Made by a program: the position numbers and the translations under genes
Source of the DNA: Amoebophrya sp. A120
Taxonomy: Eukaryota > Protista > Dinoflagellata
DNA: 64,000 bases
Reading direction: 5' to 3'
Assembly (NCBI GenBank): GCA_905178155.1
Contig: CAJINV010000013.1
Location: 2,786,158 to 2,850,157 of the forward strand
Part shown: positions 39,023-52,900 of the stretch, one piece after another
Position numbering within the stretch: the stretch's first letter is position 1
How the letters are laid out: each line of letters begins with the position of its first letter
The notes under the pieces: generated by a model
The model's database searches: none
Seen by the model: only the letters and a program-made list of their open reading frames with translations
What the model was told of the DNA's origin: nothing

Positions 39023-42000
39023 TTACAACTCGTCCTTTTTGCCCGCGGCCTTCTTGGCCCGCACAGCGAATTTCGGGAGGTCCGCGCGCGTGTAGGTGGC
39101 CCCGGAGGCGATGCGCTCCACCATGCCGGACACGGAATCAGAGTTCACCTTGGCGTCGCTGGTCAGACGGATGTAGGTCAACAGCTTCTCCTCGCGCTTC
39201 TTCTTGGGCGGCTTCACGAAGATCATAGTCGGGTACTGGAACGGCTCTTCGTCGCGGTCCTCCTTCTTCGCGACCTTCTTCTCCTGTCAAGTTTTATTAG
39301 GTGGATGTTTATGTTGACAGACATGTTTACTTTTCGCATTTGACTGATCAGTCTTTCATCGTCCTACCATACACATAGTCACTGGAAAAAATTTTGCAAA
39401 TAAGTGGTTTCTGCTGCAACACAAAGTGGCTTCTACTGCAACACAAATTTTTGCAAAGTGGCTTCTTTGTTGCTCTACTGCAACACACACATCAGTTGCC
39501 TTGCACACCTTTTATTTTATGCATCACAAAATAAAGCTCTTCTACCTGTTCGTCCAGCGTCTTCTTGAATTCCGGCTCCTATCAAAATGAAAAATCCCCC
39601 CTCCCCATATCAAAACGAAAATTTGTGATGCAGATTTGTGGCCACAAATCATCTTTGTCTTGCATATAGGGTCATAGGAGCCATTTAACGCATTCCAGAG
39701 CAAGTCTGTCATGCAATTTTGACTACTGCAGACCTGTCTGCTATGCGCAATTGCTAGCCTTCTGCATACCCAAACAGGCACAGAAAATGCCGCCAAGCAC
39801 CTTCTGCAAGACAAATGTGAATTGTGTACGCAAATTCAGCATCAGAAACTTCGTTTCGATATGGGGAGGGGGGATTTTTCCTCTCAATAGCTCCTGCGTG
39901 ATGTCCATCCACATCCAGTTGTATTTCACACCACGGTATCAAATGTAAAAATGTCTGGGTCTGGAAGAATGCAACTTGTGATGCTGCATTTGGTTTCCAG
40001 AAAAATCTGTATTGCATGAGTACCAAAAGGAATGCAATTTTTGCTGCGCGGAGCGGGCCTTTGTCATGCGGAATAGGCATCAAGAAGCTCTCAAAAAATC
40101 CGTGATGCTAGGGCATGCATCACAGACATCAGGGCTCATGCAAAACGTGCATGACAAGTGTCAGAATCTTCCAGACCCAGACATTTTTACAATCCGTACA
40201 CGGTCGTTCTTCGGCGCGAACTTGGACTCGAAGCTGTTGATCATATCCGCGACCTTGTCATCCAGTTTGGGCCCCTCCTGCAGGAAGATGGCGCACACGT
40301 TGGTCTGCTTGTAGCACAGCTCCTGGGCGGACTTGCTGTGCAGCTCACGAACCTTCTCGTACTCCACCTCCTCTGCCTCCACCTCGGACGCGCCGTCAAC
40401 ACCCTTCACAGTGTCGCCCATACCTGTGAAGAAGATGCATCGTAGTCCATTGTCAATGTCATGAAGATGCGGAGTCATCATACATAGGAGTCGTAATACC
40501 CTGTAGTCTTCACACATACACTGCATTCGAATTGAGATTGACAACAGACTGTTCGTACAAAAACATAACGTCTCTTGCTGCATACGCAATGTAGGTATGC
40601 GAAGTTCAACAAAAGTACCAGATTCACTGTTGACGTTGATCCACTCATGGAGGGCGGAAAAAGACAGGTCCTTTTCCTTGTACCACTGTTGCTTTCCCTT
40701 CGCAATCAGCATGACAGCTGGGAGCTTCTTCTTCTTCGCGCCAGCTTCGTTCATCTGGCAAAATAAATTATGTTCGGGATTGATAAATGACCAAAAAATG
40801 TGGATTTACACCCTCGCTCGTCGGGCACTCATCTTCTCATCAAGGTTTTCCATCGAACCGGAAGCTCCTACTTCCGACATTTGCCCTGGGTATAGATACA
40901 GTCTGCCACTTGCTTTTCATTTTCTTCGCGCCGTCAGAAGAATCGCTATCGCAAAAAGTGGAAAGCGTATAAAAACAACATTAAAGTACCACGGCGTCTG
41001 CCTCCGTAGCAAAGACAAAGCCAAATTCGACGGTGCGGGTGAAGACGGAATCTGTACTGAGCCCCTTCAAAATTGTTGGTGCCTTCTTCTTGTCGGAGAA
41101 GAGAACGATCTTCGGCTTTGTGGGATTTTTTCTCTTGAAAGTGCCGAACTCTTCCGCGGTGGTAAGCGGTGTAACCTTGTCGCCCGGAATCACTGTTTTT
41201 TTTTTGAATGGTTTTGCTTTTTTCCATGCTCGCATCACAAACGCATCACAATCTAAATTATTTTTCACAAATGCACGGGTAGTGTTTCTTTGAAGCCTCC
41301 ACGTTAGCCCTCAACAAGGACAGTCCGAAGTGGAGGGCGACATCCTCAATGTTGCGTTGTCTTGCCAACACGGTGAACAATTCGCCGGCCCCTCTATGGG
41401 ACGACGTGCAAGTCCTTGCACAGAAATTGAAAAGATTCTCCACAACATTAAAAACAGTTCGTATACATTTGTAGAGCTGCTTCAAAATTGCTTCTGCCTC
41501 CATCTCGCCCTCGTATTTGAAGTGCGGCCTTGGCGTCACGGGGTACAGCTGCAGGTGCGGTGTCTCTTTCACGCCGACCCGCTCGCAGTGCTTTGCTGCC
41601 TCGTCGCAGTCCATTGCTGCAATCTTCAGCATCTTCTTTGTTTTCTTCGCGACTTCGTTGTATTTTTCGAGGAATGCCGCGTCGCCCTTGTTGCTAGACT
41701 TGAAGTAAAGCACGGACGAAACCGTGAGCGGAAGGGAGGTACCTGTTGTTTGTGTAATGTATTGATATGCGTAAAAAACTTCTTTTCAGAAGATGACGAA
41801 AGCCGGCTCCCCTTTTTTCTCGGGATACTTAATCGGAGAAAGGGGCTGCAACACACAACACAAGGACTGTCAATGCTACATCTACACCGTGGTACTAGCA
41901 AGTAGTAGTCGTAGCAAACACCGTGATATAAGAAGCTCGGAATAATTGTGCTGCGTTCTTACCGATGACGGCGTCAAAATTCCGGGCGTAGACTTCCTGT

Positions 42001-42092
42001 ATGTCGTGCTTCATAGCGTCAATCTCGGCGTGCTTCTTTTTCGCGAGAACGGGCGCCGCGAGGACGCCGAGGGAAAGCAATGTTCGTCTCAT
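39023..42092 (-). CDS. ER-resident multi-thioredoxin-fold (PDI family) protein, no CxxC seen
   Basis: Signal peptide MRRTLLSLGVLAAPVLA; IAAMDCDEAAKHCERVGVKETPHL; C-terminal KDEL; several GT-AG introns and two introners. Confidence 0.8.
39404..39486. repeat. Short imperfect tandem repeat inside a canonical intron
   Basis: GTGG(T/C)TTCT(G/A)CTGCAACACAAA twice plus a broken third copy. Confidence 0.6.
39580..39889. mobile_element. Introner family C (310 bp)
   Basis: Family C TIRs; TSD GCTCC; joins DITQE|PEFKK. Confidence 0.93.
39937..40198. mobile_element. Introner family A (262 bp), same orientation as 6020-6282
   Basis: Family A TIRs; TSD CACGG; joins KNDR|GVKYNW. Confidence 0.94.
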
Positions 42093-43321
42093 TTTGTTCC
42101 GGTTTACACACCAACTCTAAAAAGAAAACAAGGTCTAGCTCTTTTAAATTTTTTCTCTAGAGACTGTTATAGCGAAGGGTATCACAGAGATGAAGCGATT
42201 TAGATGAAAACGAAAGGGAAAGTCTTATCGCCAGAAGAAAGCCAGAAAACATAAGAAGCCACAAACTCTAAATGTTGAACCAAGTGTTGGAATTCCACCG
42301 CGAGCTAAAAAAAACTCAAGAACCTTTGTAGTCCAAGGCTAGAAGTTTCTTCAGGCTCTTTCACTTCAAAAACACACCCGCTTTGAAAATTTAGAAAAAG
42401 CTACAGCTGTACTTGTCCTGGCAATAATCGTAATCGATGAAAAAGAATAATAAATTCACGCTGTGGAGAGAACCTTCGCAAGAGCTTGCCGGTCTCAACT
42501 AGCCGCCGTCGACCATCGAGATTTGCTTGGTCTGCCTTTGTACGTAGTGCGTGTGCGAATGCGATACACAATTATGACAAGCGATATCCTAAAAAAAAAA
42601 GGGCGCGCCGCGCTCACATGTCTGGATCTTTGTCTAGCAATGACTTTCGGCTCGTCTTGCTCGCACATGATCTGTTCAAAATTTGAAACGGATCTTCACT
42701 TTCGGAACAATTTTAAGGTCGTCTTCAAATAGGAAAGCTCTTCGGATCATCGATTTACCTTGCCTGTCTTTTAATCACAACACACTGGTGGCAGTGCATT
42801 TTTCAGTTATTGTGGCCTACATACAGTACTACGTGCAAAAACATCAAGAACAAACCGAACACTTGGCCTGCCGACTCGAGTTGACTACAAGCAAACGCTC
42901 TAACTTTATTTTGTACCACCGGCGACGATGAAGAAGCTTATACAACAAGATTTTTTTCAAACTCGTCTTGCACTGCGTCTGTCACGGATGCGGGCGAGTT
43001 CGTGTGCGTTCTGCGTTTGCAAAAAAACCTTCAATTAACCACGACGTGTCCTCTGGATGAGCAACGCAGGTGGGTCTCATAAGGAAAGATTTCTTCTCCA
43101 CTGCCCAGCTCTCGAGTAAGCAATATCAAACTGAGTTCGCAAACTTAGTAGAAATGCCGGCCCTTGTTACGCCTTCGAGACTTTTGTCGCCCATCAGCTC
43201 GCCGACATCTTTGACCAAATTTCCGCGCAATGCCGAGGAGACGAACTGCTTGCCACTATGCTGGCAGAAAAATCAATAATCACGTGCGGAGTCGAGAGAG
43301 GGAACAATGCGAATTTGAACA

Positions 43322-45022
43322 TCAAATACATCGGCACAGTGTCAGTTGTTCACCACATTTCCTATTAGTGCAGCACGGCTCATAAAAAATACTTATGCTG
43401 CAACTCCTGTTCTTGATCTTCTCTCCGGATCGAACATCTTTCACTTCTGCCGGCATAATTTGGCGACCGGCCAGTTTCGTTGTACGAGGCAGGATATCAA
43501 ATGCAAAAGTGTCTGGGTCTGGAAGAGTGCAAGATTTGTCATGCATATTTCTCATGACCCATGATGCCTGTAATGCCTGCCCTAGCATCGCAGACTTTTA
43601 AAGGGCTTCCTGATGCACCTTCCGCATGAGAAATGCCCTGTCCGTGTAGCAAAAACTGCACCCCTCTTGCTGGTCATGCAATGCAAATTTTTTTAGAGTC
43701 CAAAAACAGCACGACAAGTTGCAATCTTCCAGACCCAGACATTTTTGCAATCCATACAGGATGATACCCAGCTCCCGCGGCCAGTTCCCGCTCCCCCGAT
43801 GCGGGACTGCTCGCGTAGGGACGTCCGAAAAGGTGCTCGTAGATGTGAAACGACTTCTCGGACAGCTTGCCCGCGAAAAACATCAGGACTACGGTTGCAG
43901 CATCCCAAGAAAAAAATCTGTGCAATGTTGCCGACATCTCCTTCGTAATGCCGACATCGCATTAACAGCGACGAGAAGATACAACTCTAAACAGGACACA
44001 TCGTTGCAAATTCTCTCTCACGTTTTGACTACAAATGGTACGAAAAGTATGCCAACCTATCGGAGCAAGGCGAGCGGCAGTAGTACAAATTTCTGTCACA
44101 ATCAAAAAAAACGAGCTGCCGTCCTCGCGCAGATTTTTTCCTGGATACGCCGGGACGGAGCCTTTCCAGGGAAACAAAAGCCACACCAGGAGAATAGCTG
44201 CGAACATGAAAGCCACTATCCCGGTGCGTGAAACAATAACCCAACCACCATCAACAATATACTCTGAAAATCCCTACCCTATGGAGAAATCAAGTATCGC
44301 TTTTGAAGCAAACTTTCGATGCAAAAAGTAAATGCAAATGGACCTGCTTTTGCTGTCCCCCCTGACGGCGCGGCTTCCTCAAGTGGCAACGTGATAATTG
44401 TAAACCCAGGTGCTGTGAAAGGAGGACCTGCACAACTTTCACGATCTCTACTCGCACTAAAAAAACGATGCTGTCCTCGCGGAGAGGTTTTATTGTTCAC
44501 ACGACACAAGGATAGAAATGATGCCGAGAAAGGTGAACTTGATGGCAATTTCGTGCGCGTTGGAGAGTACCATCACGGCGTAGTCCATAGCTGCCGCGTT
44601 GTCCCCCCGCAGGGCCTTCCCAGGACCCCACATCGAGCACAGGGTGGAGATCATCAGCACCGTGAAAAACGACCCAAAACATGTGGTCGCGACGAACAGA
44701 ACAATATCGGGTGTAAAAATCAAGCATTCATAACCGCTCAGATTCCCGCACTTTCCGCCAGTATACCCAAGCGATTTTGCGAGAATGCAATACTAGTGCA
44801 AAAGTGAAGATTGTAAGTATTAACTATGTTGGATTCTAGAAGGAAATTGGATTTCATTCGAGTAAGCGGAACGGGTGAAGGACCGCCTCCTCGCTCTGCC
44901 TCCGACTTAAGCAGCACTCCATATAAAAAATTATCCATGTTGATTACTAGCTGACCATGAATTTTGTACAGTAAGTAGGTGTAGGCATTTCTTTCTGACC
45001 GCATAGTAAGTAAGCTCTGCAA
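43322..45022 (-). CDS. Uncharacterised multi-pass membrane protein; exon structure and ends unresolved
   Basis: Hydrophobic exons VLFVATTCFGSFFTVLMISTLCSMWGPGKALRG and AFMFAAILLVWLLFPW. Confidence 0.45.
43495..43756. mobile_element. Introner family A (262 bp)
   Basis: Family A TIRs; TSD CAGGA; closely similar to 276-575 and 47242-47503; host frame not resolved. Confidence 0.95.
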
Positions 45023-47184
45023 ACGGGAGAGGCAATGATATTTTTGGAATTTACACGCGATAGAAAAACGCTTTCAGGTAGTCCTGTGTCGTTTCGCTGT
45101 GATGGATAGCGTGGCCAGATTCCTTGGCCACTTTTATCATGTGTAAAAACTCCCACCCTGCTTCCCGCCTACAAGTTCTCATGCGTAGGTCTGAGAATTT
45201 TCATGAGTGCCTGTTCTACTGTAGGCGCAAAGCAACGCAAAAACAAACTCCTGGCATATTCCACAGAGCTGCTGCACTCTTTTTCTAATATGCACCTCTA
45301 GTACGTGTGCAGTATCTGTTGCTCGGTTGAAAATCTACATCCTCACGAATGACACGTGCACGATTAAAGGGGGCCGGGAAGAACTGGGAAGCTGTCCTCC
45401 CACGGCGTAGGTTCTACGGCCTTCTCGTAGTGTGTATCGAAATCGACAGAGAGGGCGGCGGATGCGGAAAAGCCCAGGAACGACGCGATGTCTTGCATGC
45501 GAGAGGAGCTATCGCCAGTAAACGTGAACCTGTGGCGGCGGCTTTGAAACGAGCCAGGCAAGTCTCTAGGTCACGTTTTCTGCTCGACATCAAAGCACTT
45601 CGGCTTCCTTGTGGTTTTTTTCCAGTAGTTAGCAGATGAGTCCTTCCATATCTATGTGTATATGCATAAGCAAATCGCAATTTCGCGATTGGACGAATTG
45701 AAGCACATTCAACTCAACCGCATCCTCCGATCACTTGCCTCATAATTTGCAGAAGTTTACGAGGCTACGGAAATGTAAATCAATGCACAGAGTGACACCG
45801 TCCACATTTACTGCGTGGTAAAACACCAGCAGGAAGTACTGGAGCTCCGCCTGCCGGATGTGCAGTGCCTCCAGGTGGAATTTCGTGACCACATTCGCCT
45901 TGCTGGCTTGCAACATGATTCTGAAACAATTAAAGACCGGGTCTTCACAAGGTCGGGGTCTGGTTGATGTAAGTTGTACCGAATTCGGGGCGGGAGCGAC
46001 CCTCTAGTAGGTCCCAAACTGTAAAAGCAATTCGCGAGAATTACAACTCTGTAGTTGATCTACTTAGTACAACGGGCGATCTTGTTGAGGTACTGAACCA
46101 CCTCTCAAGCTCAGCAATACCAACTTTTCATGAGACGTCTTCCTTCCGCTCCGACACTGAACAACGAATCATTCTCATTGTAGCTCCGTCTACAAATTTT
46201 CCACTAGAGCTCTTTAACTACGCTTCATCGCTCTACCATTGAACGGAAGACGCGGTCTAGCGCGAGGGTATGATACTGAGCCAGTACTATTTGGTACCCT
46301 CACCAAGGAAAATGCCACGACTACACAATCACAAGAGGAGTACCTGCACGACACTTGTTTCCTAGGTTCTAGCAGCGAAGTGGAGTGAGATGAACTTTCG
46401 GGCGAGTATTAATTTGTGACCACAGCGAGAGATCATGCCTTTCGTTCGACGAGCCACGTAATGTTTTGCCCGGAAGTTTTTCTACCCTCACCGAACAGAA
46501 GCATGAATTTTTACTTTTTCTGTCGTTCGTATGAAGCTCGTGCGCTGTATTTTTACTTTTTTCGTGGTAGATAGATTGTGTACAGAGAACCATAAAGAAC
46601 GGTCTACTGCAAGTAGAACCCTGAAAAAGTCAATGAAATGTCAGGCGCTGTGTGGCCGCTTGATTCAATAGTCAGAAGGACGCAAAATTCAGCTGCAGCT
46701 TTCGTCACCACACCACTCCCCTCGCATCGGCGCTGGTAAGTACATCTTGTTCAACGCAAATTCCCCCGTGCTGGCCAGCAATCCCTCGAGCGCACCAGCG
46801 ACCTATTTGAGTGAACAATTTTTCTGCGTTTTTTGTTCCAATTCATACATAGGGGTCAAAATGAAGTCAGAGATCAACATAACATCTGTCGCAATTTATC
46901 TCGACAAAAAATTGAACCCTACCTGATAGGCGTTCTGCAGGAAAATGGTGTATTGCTCGACGGAGCCTATCTGACCCAATTGTTGCTGCACTTGGATTAT
47001 GAGCGCAAAAATACATCATCATCTGCGCAAATGTTGCGAAAAATATACACCGAACGAAAATCAACGCTGAAAAATTTGAAAATGCCGCTGCCTGCGAGGA
47101 GTGTCGATGTGCTCCGTGGTATCTCAACATGGTGCTGCTGCGGGCATGCAATAACAAGTTCTCCTGTGTTCCTTGCGCGACGAC

Positions 47185-48940
47185 TCAGTACTTGATTCTT
47201 TTGCGAGAGATAGGCTGCACGAATTGCAACGCCTGGCCCTGTATCAAGTGCAAAAATGTCTGGGTCTGGAAGATTGCCGGGTTTGTCATGCATATTTCTC
47301 ATGATCCATGATGCCTGTAATGCATGACCTAGCATCACAGACTTTTAGAGGGCTTCCTGATGCACCTTCCGCATGAGAAATGCCCTGTCCGTGTAGCACA
47401 AACCGGACCCCTCTTGCTGGTCATGCAATACAAATTTTTTTAGAGTCCAAAAACAGCATGACAAGTTGCATTCTTCCAGACCCAGACATTTTTACAGTTG
47501 ATACCCTGCACATTCGGATCTTCGCTCAAGCTGACGGCCTCGGTGATCTTAGCCAGAATCCACTGCCACGTAAAAAGCCGGATTTTTAGCTCCTCCTCAT
47601 TTTGGAAACCGTTCGGGCTCAGCAGCTCCAGCTGCTGCACTTTGCGGATGGAAACGAGGGCGGCCTGGGAAGAGTTGTGTCTATATTATAATAATTTCGC
47701 AGATTCAACAAAGATCAACAAGGCAGTGCAGTTCAATACCGCTTGGAAATTCTCCTGCGTCTGGTACACTCGCTTTTTCCGTAATTCCTGTGCATCTTGT
47801 TCACAATTGTAGCGGCACATCGGCAAATATACGGGATCTACTTCAACTTCCTGTACAATAAATACAGCTTTTGAGTACCTTATGGATGACGTCTCATGAT
47901 CTTCACATTGAAGCATAAATATTTCTCCACCGATAATACCTGTCCGGGCGGCAGGGGTGCGGGCAGCGCTGTCCTCAGCTTCTGCATCTCGTTTTGCAGC
48001 CCGTCGATTTCTGCTTGCAGCACGTCTTTCTCCGCTGCACTAGTCTGCCGGAAGTCGGTCACTTTTGCTGCACAGTTTTTCTCCCCGAGCTTTTTTTCCT
48101 CTGCCACCGCGGTGTCGACCTGTTGTTTCGCTGTCATTTCCATCTTCGCAACTGTGCTTTGCACGGCCTCTGCTTCGATCCGCTTGGCGTCGGGACACAC
48201 GACGGGGCTTGGCTGCGCTTCCTTGTTTGCAAGGGTCTTGTTAAAGAGGGTCCGTGGTAAAATTCCACCCAGAAATAACGCGCTGTCGCCCAGAATCTTG
48301 ACTTCAAGAATCTCTGTTTGTACCAAGGCGACAGTGCCGACCAGGAGGATCAGCGTGGAGAAGCAGGTGGACACGAAAAGCGATTTCGCGACAGATTTCG
48401 CGGAAGAACTTGAGGCAGCTGCTTTCGAATTGCTCGGATGGTGGTTGTTCTCATCCCCCGTGCGTGGCGTGCTGGCCGCGGTAGACGGGGGCTGGGTGTC
48501 CGCGGCGCTCTCGCCACCGGCCGCCGGATTGTTCTTCGTGGGTCTCTCTCAACTGCAAAAATGTCTGGGTCTGGAAAGAACTTGTGAATGCGGCTTGGAT
48601 AATCTAAACGTCTCAAGAACTGCTGGCCAGGCATGACAAGTTTTTAAGTTCCTCTTACCAGGTGTTGCCTCTTCTTCTTCTTCTTCGAAAAGGAAAACAA
48701 AAACTGCGTCACTGCATGACAGAAATAAACTGGGGGTGTGTGGGTCACGTGCATGAGAGACTTGAGTCATCTCATCGTCATGCTGGCCGAGCATGACAAG
48801 AAGTCCGAGCTTCTTCATCCACATCCAGACCCAGTTTTCACATTTTCCATGCGTAGCGACCGGTTTCTCTGCCGTGACTTGGTGGCCGTCGGGGGAGACT
48901 TGGCGGCGCTGCGCGCCTTCTGCTCCGCTTTCGAAGGCAT
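47185..48940 (-). CDS. Uncharacterised single-pass membrane protein with coiled coil; 3' end uncertain
   Basis: MPSKAEQK... exon, TM segment CFSTLILLVGTVALV, coiled coil; frame continues across two introners. Confidence 0.5.
47242..47503. mobile_element. Introner family A (262 bp)
   Basis: Family A TIRs; TSD CCCTG. Confidence 0.95.
48547..48855. mobile_element. Degenerate family A introner (309 bp)
   Basis: TCTCAACTGCAAAAATGTCTGGGTCTGGAA...TCCAGACCCAG...GCGTA; TSD eroded (GTCTC/GCGAC) but frame kept. Confidence 0.7.
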
Positions 48941-49925
48941 AGCCAAGCGGCCGCGCTGCTGTCTGAGAACGAAGAGAACGAGGGAGATAGAAGCGCGACT
49001 AATTGTGGTAGGTTGATTTGTCACAAAAACGAAATAAACCTCCAAAAATATTATCCCGGCAAAGAAAGAATTCTTTGCTCGTCGCTCGACCAGCAACAAA
49101 ATCGTACTCCGGCTCACTCAAAGTGCAAGGAGAGGAGGCCCGGGGGCAAGTACGGAGTGAACCTAGTAAAACCATCTCTCAAGGGGCAAATCACAGGTAA
49201 GAGAGCATCCCATGCGCAACCTCAATGAAGGTGAACAGCTGCGTCCTCGGGAAGTGCGGGCCAAGGAGTAGCAAACCCATCAAAGCAGGCGCCTGTGACT
49301 TACCAGTTCGGGTGTCAGGATAAAACTAGGAAAGTTCATCTTCTGCGCGTGAAAATATCATCAGATTTGTATCTGCCTGTCTGCGATTCAGGTCGTGCTT
49401 TCGACAAAGTGCATGTTCTTTCTGTTTGCCCCTTCTCTAATATTCCTCGTTAGGTGTGTACGTATCTGGTGCTTTGCTATCTTTGTTTCTCTTTCTACGA
49501 CAAGCAAGCAAGATTGAGACTATGTTCGCTTTTCTTGTTTTCAAAAAACAAATGCATGATTCAAAACTGTCAAAAGTATTTCTAGTGAACAACGCGCCAT
49601 GTGCTAGTGTGCAGAAGACGATAAGTCTGTCGTTAGTTTGTTGCAAACTGCTGGAAAAAAATATCCCGCTATAATTTTCGCAAACATCTATCACGACCGC
49701 GCCCGGGTTCTGAAAAGTCTTGCGTCCAGACTTTCCATGAACGTGGTAGATCGCTAGCGCTACTGCCTAGTCAGCGACCGCCTTTGTGCAGGTTGAGCAC
49801 TATATCGTTGGTTTGTCCTCGTTGCACAGACACCGCTATCTAGATCTACCACCAGCCTCAGCCGAGGGCGACGAGCTCGAGATGGTGCGTATCAAAAAAC
49901 ATTATATCAAAATATCTTTCTTCTC

Positions 49926-52900
49926 TCACTGTGCCCCCGCCTTCGCGTTTTTAACCTGTTCCGTGAGTGCCTCCAATTTTGGTTTTTCCACCTCTTCGGT
50001 GAATTTTTCCGGGTTCAGAAACCGTTCCTGGTCCCACAAATACCGCTCGCGCATCAGCTCCTGCAGTCGCACATTCCGCTTGTCCGACTCTTTATCCCAT
50101 GCGTTCTCGAACACGTCCAACTCTTTGGTCTTGGCGTCCCCCTTCTTGACTAATCGCTTCCCCTGTTGCCCGCTCCAAATCTTCTGCAGTTCCAGCAACC
50201 TCTCCCGGCCGGACTGCTGCATGCCGGTCTCGCGCAATTTCTGTTCCACTTCCTCCTTAGTGTAGTGCCCCTTCTTCAGCAAAGCTGCCCGCTGCTGTTC
50301 CACGCTCGGGTTGGCCGCCAACATGCGGCCGATCTCCTATCGTAAAGAAAAATCCCCACTCCCCATATTGAAACCGCATCCGTCTGAAAATTTGTGATGC
50401 ACATTCGTGACCTCAAAGCTTGTCTGTCTTGCAAGCAGGCAAGTCCAGAGAGCCCCCTGCATTTTGCAGGCGGTTTGTGATGCTGTTGGGCTTAGAGCAT
50501 ACACGTTTGTCATGCTAGGCGGCTACGTCAAAACCCCTCGGCCGAGGCTTGACATATGCCTGCAGTCCTCTACTGCAAGACAAATCTGATTTGTGTACGG
50601 AAATCCAGCATCAGAAACTTCGTTTCGATATGGGGAGGGCGGATTTTTCCTTCTGATATCTCCTCGACCGTGACGAAAACGTTGTTGGTGCCGTCGAAGT
50701 ATCCAGTGCAAAAAATATGTCTGGATCTGGAAGAGCGCAAGATTTGTCATGCTGTTCCGGCATGACTCTGAGCTCTGTATGGCGTGGCCGCGAACAGCTC
50801 TCTTGCCTGTCATTCAAAAATGCAGTTGCTCATGCGGGATACGTAACACAGAGCCACGAAAAAACCTGTCATGCTTGGCGGTGCATTACAGTCTGCCATT
50901 TGTTCGCTGACTTGCATCACAACTTTCCACACCCCGACATATTTGCAATGCATACGAAGTCGGGGCGGACCGAAAAGTCCATGCCGGAGGACTTTCCGGC
51001 GGTGTTGTGCATCCTTGCGTTGAAGAACCACTCGGCACGGGGGTAGTGCTTGGACACGTAGGTGCCGAACTTGGTGTTGTAGAAGATCGGGGTGGACACC
51101 CGTCCGTTCCCGGTCACCATCTGCTTGCGCGTCATCATCACGCGGTGCCACATGGACTTCAGAATCGCGGTCGATTTCGGCTGGTTCGTGATTTCGTTCC
51201 GGATGATCAGGTTGAACGACGTGTTGGCCTCGAGAAAATCGGACAGAAACAAAAACATGTCGATGTTCTTGTCTCCCTTGATTTTCGCCCACTGCTTCTT
51301 CGCGGACTTCTTCATCTCGTTCGGCCTTTCCTTGATTTCCAAATCCCCGGTGAACAGTTCCAGCCCCTCGTCGTTCGGCGCCGGGATCAAGGTCATGGCG
51401 CAGATGTCCGTGTGCGACCCCGCCCACAGCTTTTGCGTTTGCTCGTCCTCCTGGTCCGACTCGCTGTCGTTCTCCGCGCTGGCCGCCTGCGCGAGAGCCG
51501 CGGACGTCACGGGTGCGGTGGGAAACTGGTCGCGCCGTCCCGGGTACCTGAGCATAGCAGAAGATTGGTTGTTCTTCATCTCGTCTTGATAGTTCATCCT
51601 CATGCATAGTAGTTTTTCGTACTTTTAGTTTTACACAAATACTGCACAAAAGATTTTTGCACGAAGTAGATGATCTTCCGCGTGGTCATCTTTTTGGCGA
51701 TTATTTCATGCACTCGATGCATTTATTTCCGCAGACTCTACTCCTCAAATCCGATAGTACAAGAGGTACATCAATTATTATGTCCGCTATTTATACCACA
51801 AGTTTCGACTGTAGCCCGACTGCTGGTCATTTTCGAAATCGAAGAGCCTGACCTCCGCCAAGTACCGCAGCTGCTCGTCGATGTCTTTCTTCATGGACTT
51901 GGCTAGTTGCGAGAAAATCACCTCCTCGACCTTGTTCGTCGGCTGCAGAAACGAAGAGTTATTTCGGCCATTTTGGGCGACACCACCGCTAGCGGTTGTA
52001 GGAGCCGTAATGTCGATCATGTATTCGACGATGTTTTTTCTCCACTCCGCCTCTGCAAGCTCCTGGGACCCTTGCGTTTCTTCCTCCGCCGAGTCCGGCA
52101 AAAGCTGCTGGACCAATTGCGCGTTACTCCAGTTGGTCTTCATGTCCAGCAGACGGGCCTTCATGGTGTCCAACATGCTGGTGACCTCGAGCTGCAGTGC
52201 CTTCAGCACGTCCTTTGCGAACGTGTGCGAGGCTCGCAAGTAGATCGGCATCAGTTCGTGCAAGTGAAACGTGGGCTCTCCGGTGGGGACTTGTTTGTTG
52301 AAAAGCTTCGCCTGTTCCTTGCTGTAGTTCGAAAGCTTTTCGAGGAGCGACTTTTGCAACAAAGCCGGGACGGAGTCTTCTGCGAAAGTTTTCTGCTTCA
52401 ACGTGGTCAAGCCGCTGCGTTTTGATTTGAGTTGTTCACATGAAGGCAGTAGTAGATGCATGCAAAACGATACAGTTTTGGTTTTTGTCGTGAACAAGAC
52501 CACGCATGTTGCCGAGGGAGGAACGTTTGTGATGTTTGAATTTCAAACTAAACTAGTATCAACAAAACTCCGTATCAAGGATACCTCTGCACGCGGACTT
52601 CCATCAATTCCCTCAGTTCGGCAATGCGCTTTTTCTGCATCTCCCCCTCGTTCTCATCCGGAAAAGGAAACCAGCGCACATCGATGCTCCACTTGTTATC
52701 GGCAACCTTCTGGCCCTCGGCCTGCTCCCCCGGAGGGACGATCATGGCCCAAATGCTGCTCGAAGGGTCTTCGCCGAAGGCCTCCGCCATATTCGGCTGC
52801 TCTAACAGCATGCGATAGTTCAGCATGATGCCGATTTCCTGCTGGATCCAGCTGATGCCCTCCAGGAAAGTCAGGCTAAACGATTCTATCGCCTCGGAAG

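Noticed and set aside
45945-45980. GTCGGGGTCTGG resembling the family A TIR
   Set aside because: Single partial match with no partner end or TSD
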